Assembly (NCBI GenBank): GCA_047495785.1
Contig: JBLDXI010000046.1
Coordinates: 434,001-498,000 of the forward strand
DNA from: Lepidodermella squamata
Lineage: Eukaryota > Animalia > Gastrotricha
DNA: 64,000 nt
Direction: 5' to 3'
Part shown: piece after piece, positions 61,384 through 64,000 of the stretch
Layout: every line of letters begins with the position of its first letter
Position numbering within the stretch: position 1 is the first letter of the stretch
The notes under the pieces: model-generated
The model's input: only the letters and a program-made list of their open reading frames with translations
What the model was told of the DNA's origin: nothing
Database searches by the model: none
Program-made: the position numbers and the translations under genes

Positions 61384-62586
61384 ATGCAATCGAGCATTAT
61401 TCTGGTGAGATTTTTCTGAATGATTCAAATACTTTTTAAATTTTCTACCTGAAATTTAGATACTGTCCCTTGTATCGGGAGCACTGGGACAAAAGCTGTT
61501 CTCAAGTAAGTCTTTCCCCGATGCGTAACAGAGTTTCGTTAATGTAATTTGTTAATTGATACTAGATTGCACGGATAATTCTGCGAAATGTCCACAAAAT
61601 CAACGATGCGAGCCCTTCACGACTTTTGTAAGCACGCTTATTATCTATCTACTCTATTTACACATTCTCAATCCAAATTGTAGGACCCACCATGCAAGAC
61701 GAAGGCTTGCGTTTGTAACGATTGCGCTCGAGGGTACATGGCCGATGATTGTGTCCAGGGTATATTTTCCTTTCTCAAGAAAATCCCGCAGATTTTATCA
61801 TTTCTTTCATCTCAGCAACCTACGTCAATTCCTTGAACGCAGCCTGCAATATGCCTGGCGGTATTTTAACCATACCCGGTTCGTTCTGTGATATTAAGGG
61901 GAACCAAGCTCTGTGCCTCACTAGCCCTAAGGCGAATGGTTGCGAAACTACTACACAGTGCTCATCTAACGAAGATTGTGGAGCCACCCGAAAATGCGAC
62001 AATAAAGTGTGCGTTTGCTTTGAGGCTTATCAGGCTTACGACTACAACACCGGCCTGTGCGCCGCACGGCAAATCGGTGATTCATGCTCGAATGACGCTG
62101 ACTGCGCTATTACGCGTGGTAGTCCGAACTATTTGGTCTGCCGTAGTGGAAAATGCGCCTGTGATACGGCCGTTAGTAATGAAACCGAGTACCGTGAATA
62201 CAACGACGACTGGAACAGCTTCGACACCAAGCGAGCTTGCTTCGGCAAGAATGCCGCGCTTAACCTGAAACAGGGTGAAAGATGCGACCAAAAACCGAGC
62301 AATGATAACTACCTAGCGCCTAAGGTTTGCGAGAAGTCACTGGTATGCTTTGCTTGCATGGAGGATAGCGGACTGTGCCGTGAGTTTTTGAAACGGAAAT
62401 GTTTAATATCTGAGAATTGAATTCTTTCAATTCTTTCCAGGCAAGTTCAACGGACCCACACAGCCCACTGGAAAGTCGGCTGATCAATGCGGGCGCAAAA
62501 AGTTCGTCTATTCGGGCCAGCCTCGTTTGTCCTCCGGCTCAGCATCCGTCATAGCTGCCGTTTTGCTCATTGCTTCTGCTTTTTGA
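61384..62586 (+). CDS. Cys-rich family member F, single module
   Basis: Same six-exon plan: MQSSIIL / ILSLVSGALG.. / CTDNSAKCPQNQRCE / DPPCKTKACVC / large exon / ..SASVIAAVLLIASAF. Confidence 0.85.
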
Positions 62587-62924
62587 TGATAACTCACTTG
62601 ATTTGTAGCAATAGCATCTGACGTCAGACTGAATAATGACGATGCTTTCGATATTGCAACGCCTAGCTTTACACATTTCCAATTGAAAAAACTCATTCAT
62701 GTATTACCGGTAATATGTAAACATTCGAATATTCGTCATATAAAGTGAAATGTTACGATTAATTTGCCACATGCCCTCAATTACGAAATATAGTTTCTAG
62801 ATCTTAGTTGAGGATACAGTATGAGGTTACTTTCGACCAGCAGTCTGGGCTACGTCATAAGACGAAGAGCTGTTTAATAACTTCAAATACTTCAAACATG
62901 AATCTAAAAAAGTCGCTAAAGAAC

Positions 62925-63055
62925 TTTTTGGCTATTCGTTATTCCTACATATTTTCGGCTTTCAACTGAATTGTAATTCAGGTTAGGATTAGGGTTAGGA
63001 ATAGTTAGGCTAAGGTTGGGTTTGAGATTTGAGAATATTTACGAATAGCCAAATA
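62925..63055. repeat. Small inverted-repeat element containing TTAGG/TTAGGG-like repeats
   Basis: TTGGCTATTCGT...ACGAATAGCCAA flanking GGTTAGGATTAGGGTTAGG. Confidence 0.55.
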
Positions 63056-63099
63056 GTTGAACAACATAACTATGTCAGTGCGATAAGAGGATACCTAAT

Positions 63100-64000
63100 A
63101 CTAATCAATCAATGCTTCTCTTACATATTGCATTGAACGTCCTTTGAATAATCGCTTAGCCGTAACATATGGTTCCATATCGGAACCAATTGGGACATTG
63201 GACATGCGATGACTTCGCTTTCCGAGACTAACAAATATCATCTTCCGCTTGGCCGCACGGGCCTGATGCACGCGGTGGGCGACACGAACTGGAATGTCAA
63301 ATGTCAGCCGCCGAGTGATGTTCACGAAAAGCATATTGATTGTCCGGGAGGAGATGGTGAGGCTCCAACTACTGGGCTATTCAACGCGCGATAGCAGCGG
63401 TAGCAGAGGACGCTGCGACGACGAGCACGCGGCTTCCCCGACTTATGCACGGCCACGGCAACTGCCTCCTTCCAATCCCGCAGTGTGTATTGGCTGCCGA
63501 GCATATGCTGTAGAGCAGACGAATGTGAATCTGTAGAGGCACACCTCCCCACTTATAAAAGACGTTGCCGACACCGTTGAGTCCAGGGGCTCTGAAAGGC
63601 TTCAGGTTATCAATTGCGCTAGCATGCGCTGGCGGACACTGAATTCCTGCGGACCTGCGGGCTTCGACGAGAGCAGCGTTGATTGCACGGCGGTACTCGG
63701 TGAAGCGAAGGATCGGTTCGCAAGCTGAGGGAGTCGGATCGCACCGAGAAGGTACGCTGGTAGTCCTTACGATCAGCCCGGGAGAATTCGAACCGAAGGG
63801 TGGGTTCACGACTGGGCAGGACGCGCTTAACGCCAAGCAGCGGCATCTCAAAGAGTGTAGAATTTCTGAAGTGATCACTCTCCAGCCGATTGCCGATGGT
63901 AATAGATCCACTGAGCAGCTGACGGACAGCTACATTTACCACCCAGACATCGAGTGTCGACAAGCTATTCCAGTGTGCGGATTCCAGAAATCATTTGTGC
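63100..64000 (-). mobile_element. Degraded non-LTR retrotransposon (end of APE domain + start of RT)
   Basis: TLDV...SDHF (APE C-terminus); AIDNLKPFRAPGLNGV (KAPGxDG-type motif); WKEAVAVAVHKSGKP (RT N-terminal region); spread over shifted frames. Confidence 0.75.

Noticed and set aside
62978-63025. Telomere-like TTAGGG repeats
   Set aside because: A few degenerate units inside a small inverted-repeat element, not a chromosome end.

Overview
Eukaryotic (invertebrate animal) genomic DNA with a compact gene structure. Most introns are GT-AG and about 45-60 nt, so the ORF track splits most genes. Species not identified. Left half: a GT32 glycosyltransferase, two intronless Cys-loop channel paralogs, an intronless secreted PQQ/BamB-like beta-propeller that looks prokaryotic, a Met-like receptor tyrosine kinase, an RDH-type SDR, a LamG+EGF protein, two FAAH-like amidases flanking a transposon nest, and an ankyrin protein. 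Right half: a tandem array of six loci (eight modules) of a secreted, probably GPI-anchored Cys-rich family with a hypervariable loop, plus an intron-rich nAChR-like subunit, a second GPI-type protein built from C-CC-C exons, a pogo relic, a LINE relic and many MITEs. Best candidate for an undescribed system: the RTK ectodomain (14827-12647, minus) matches, by motif recognition, the P2 domain of Perforin-2/MPEG1 with no MACPF. A second paralog carrying the same domain starts at 725 on the minus strand and runs off the window, so it is absent from the ORF track. All homology calls are from motif recognition by eye; no searches were run.
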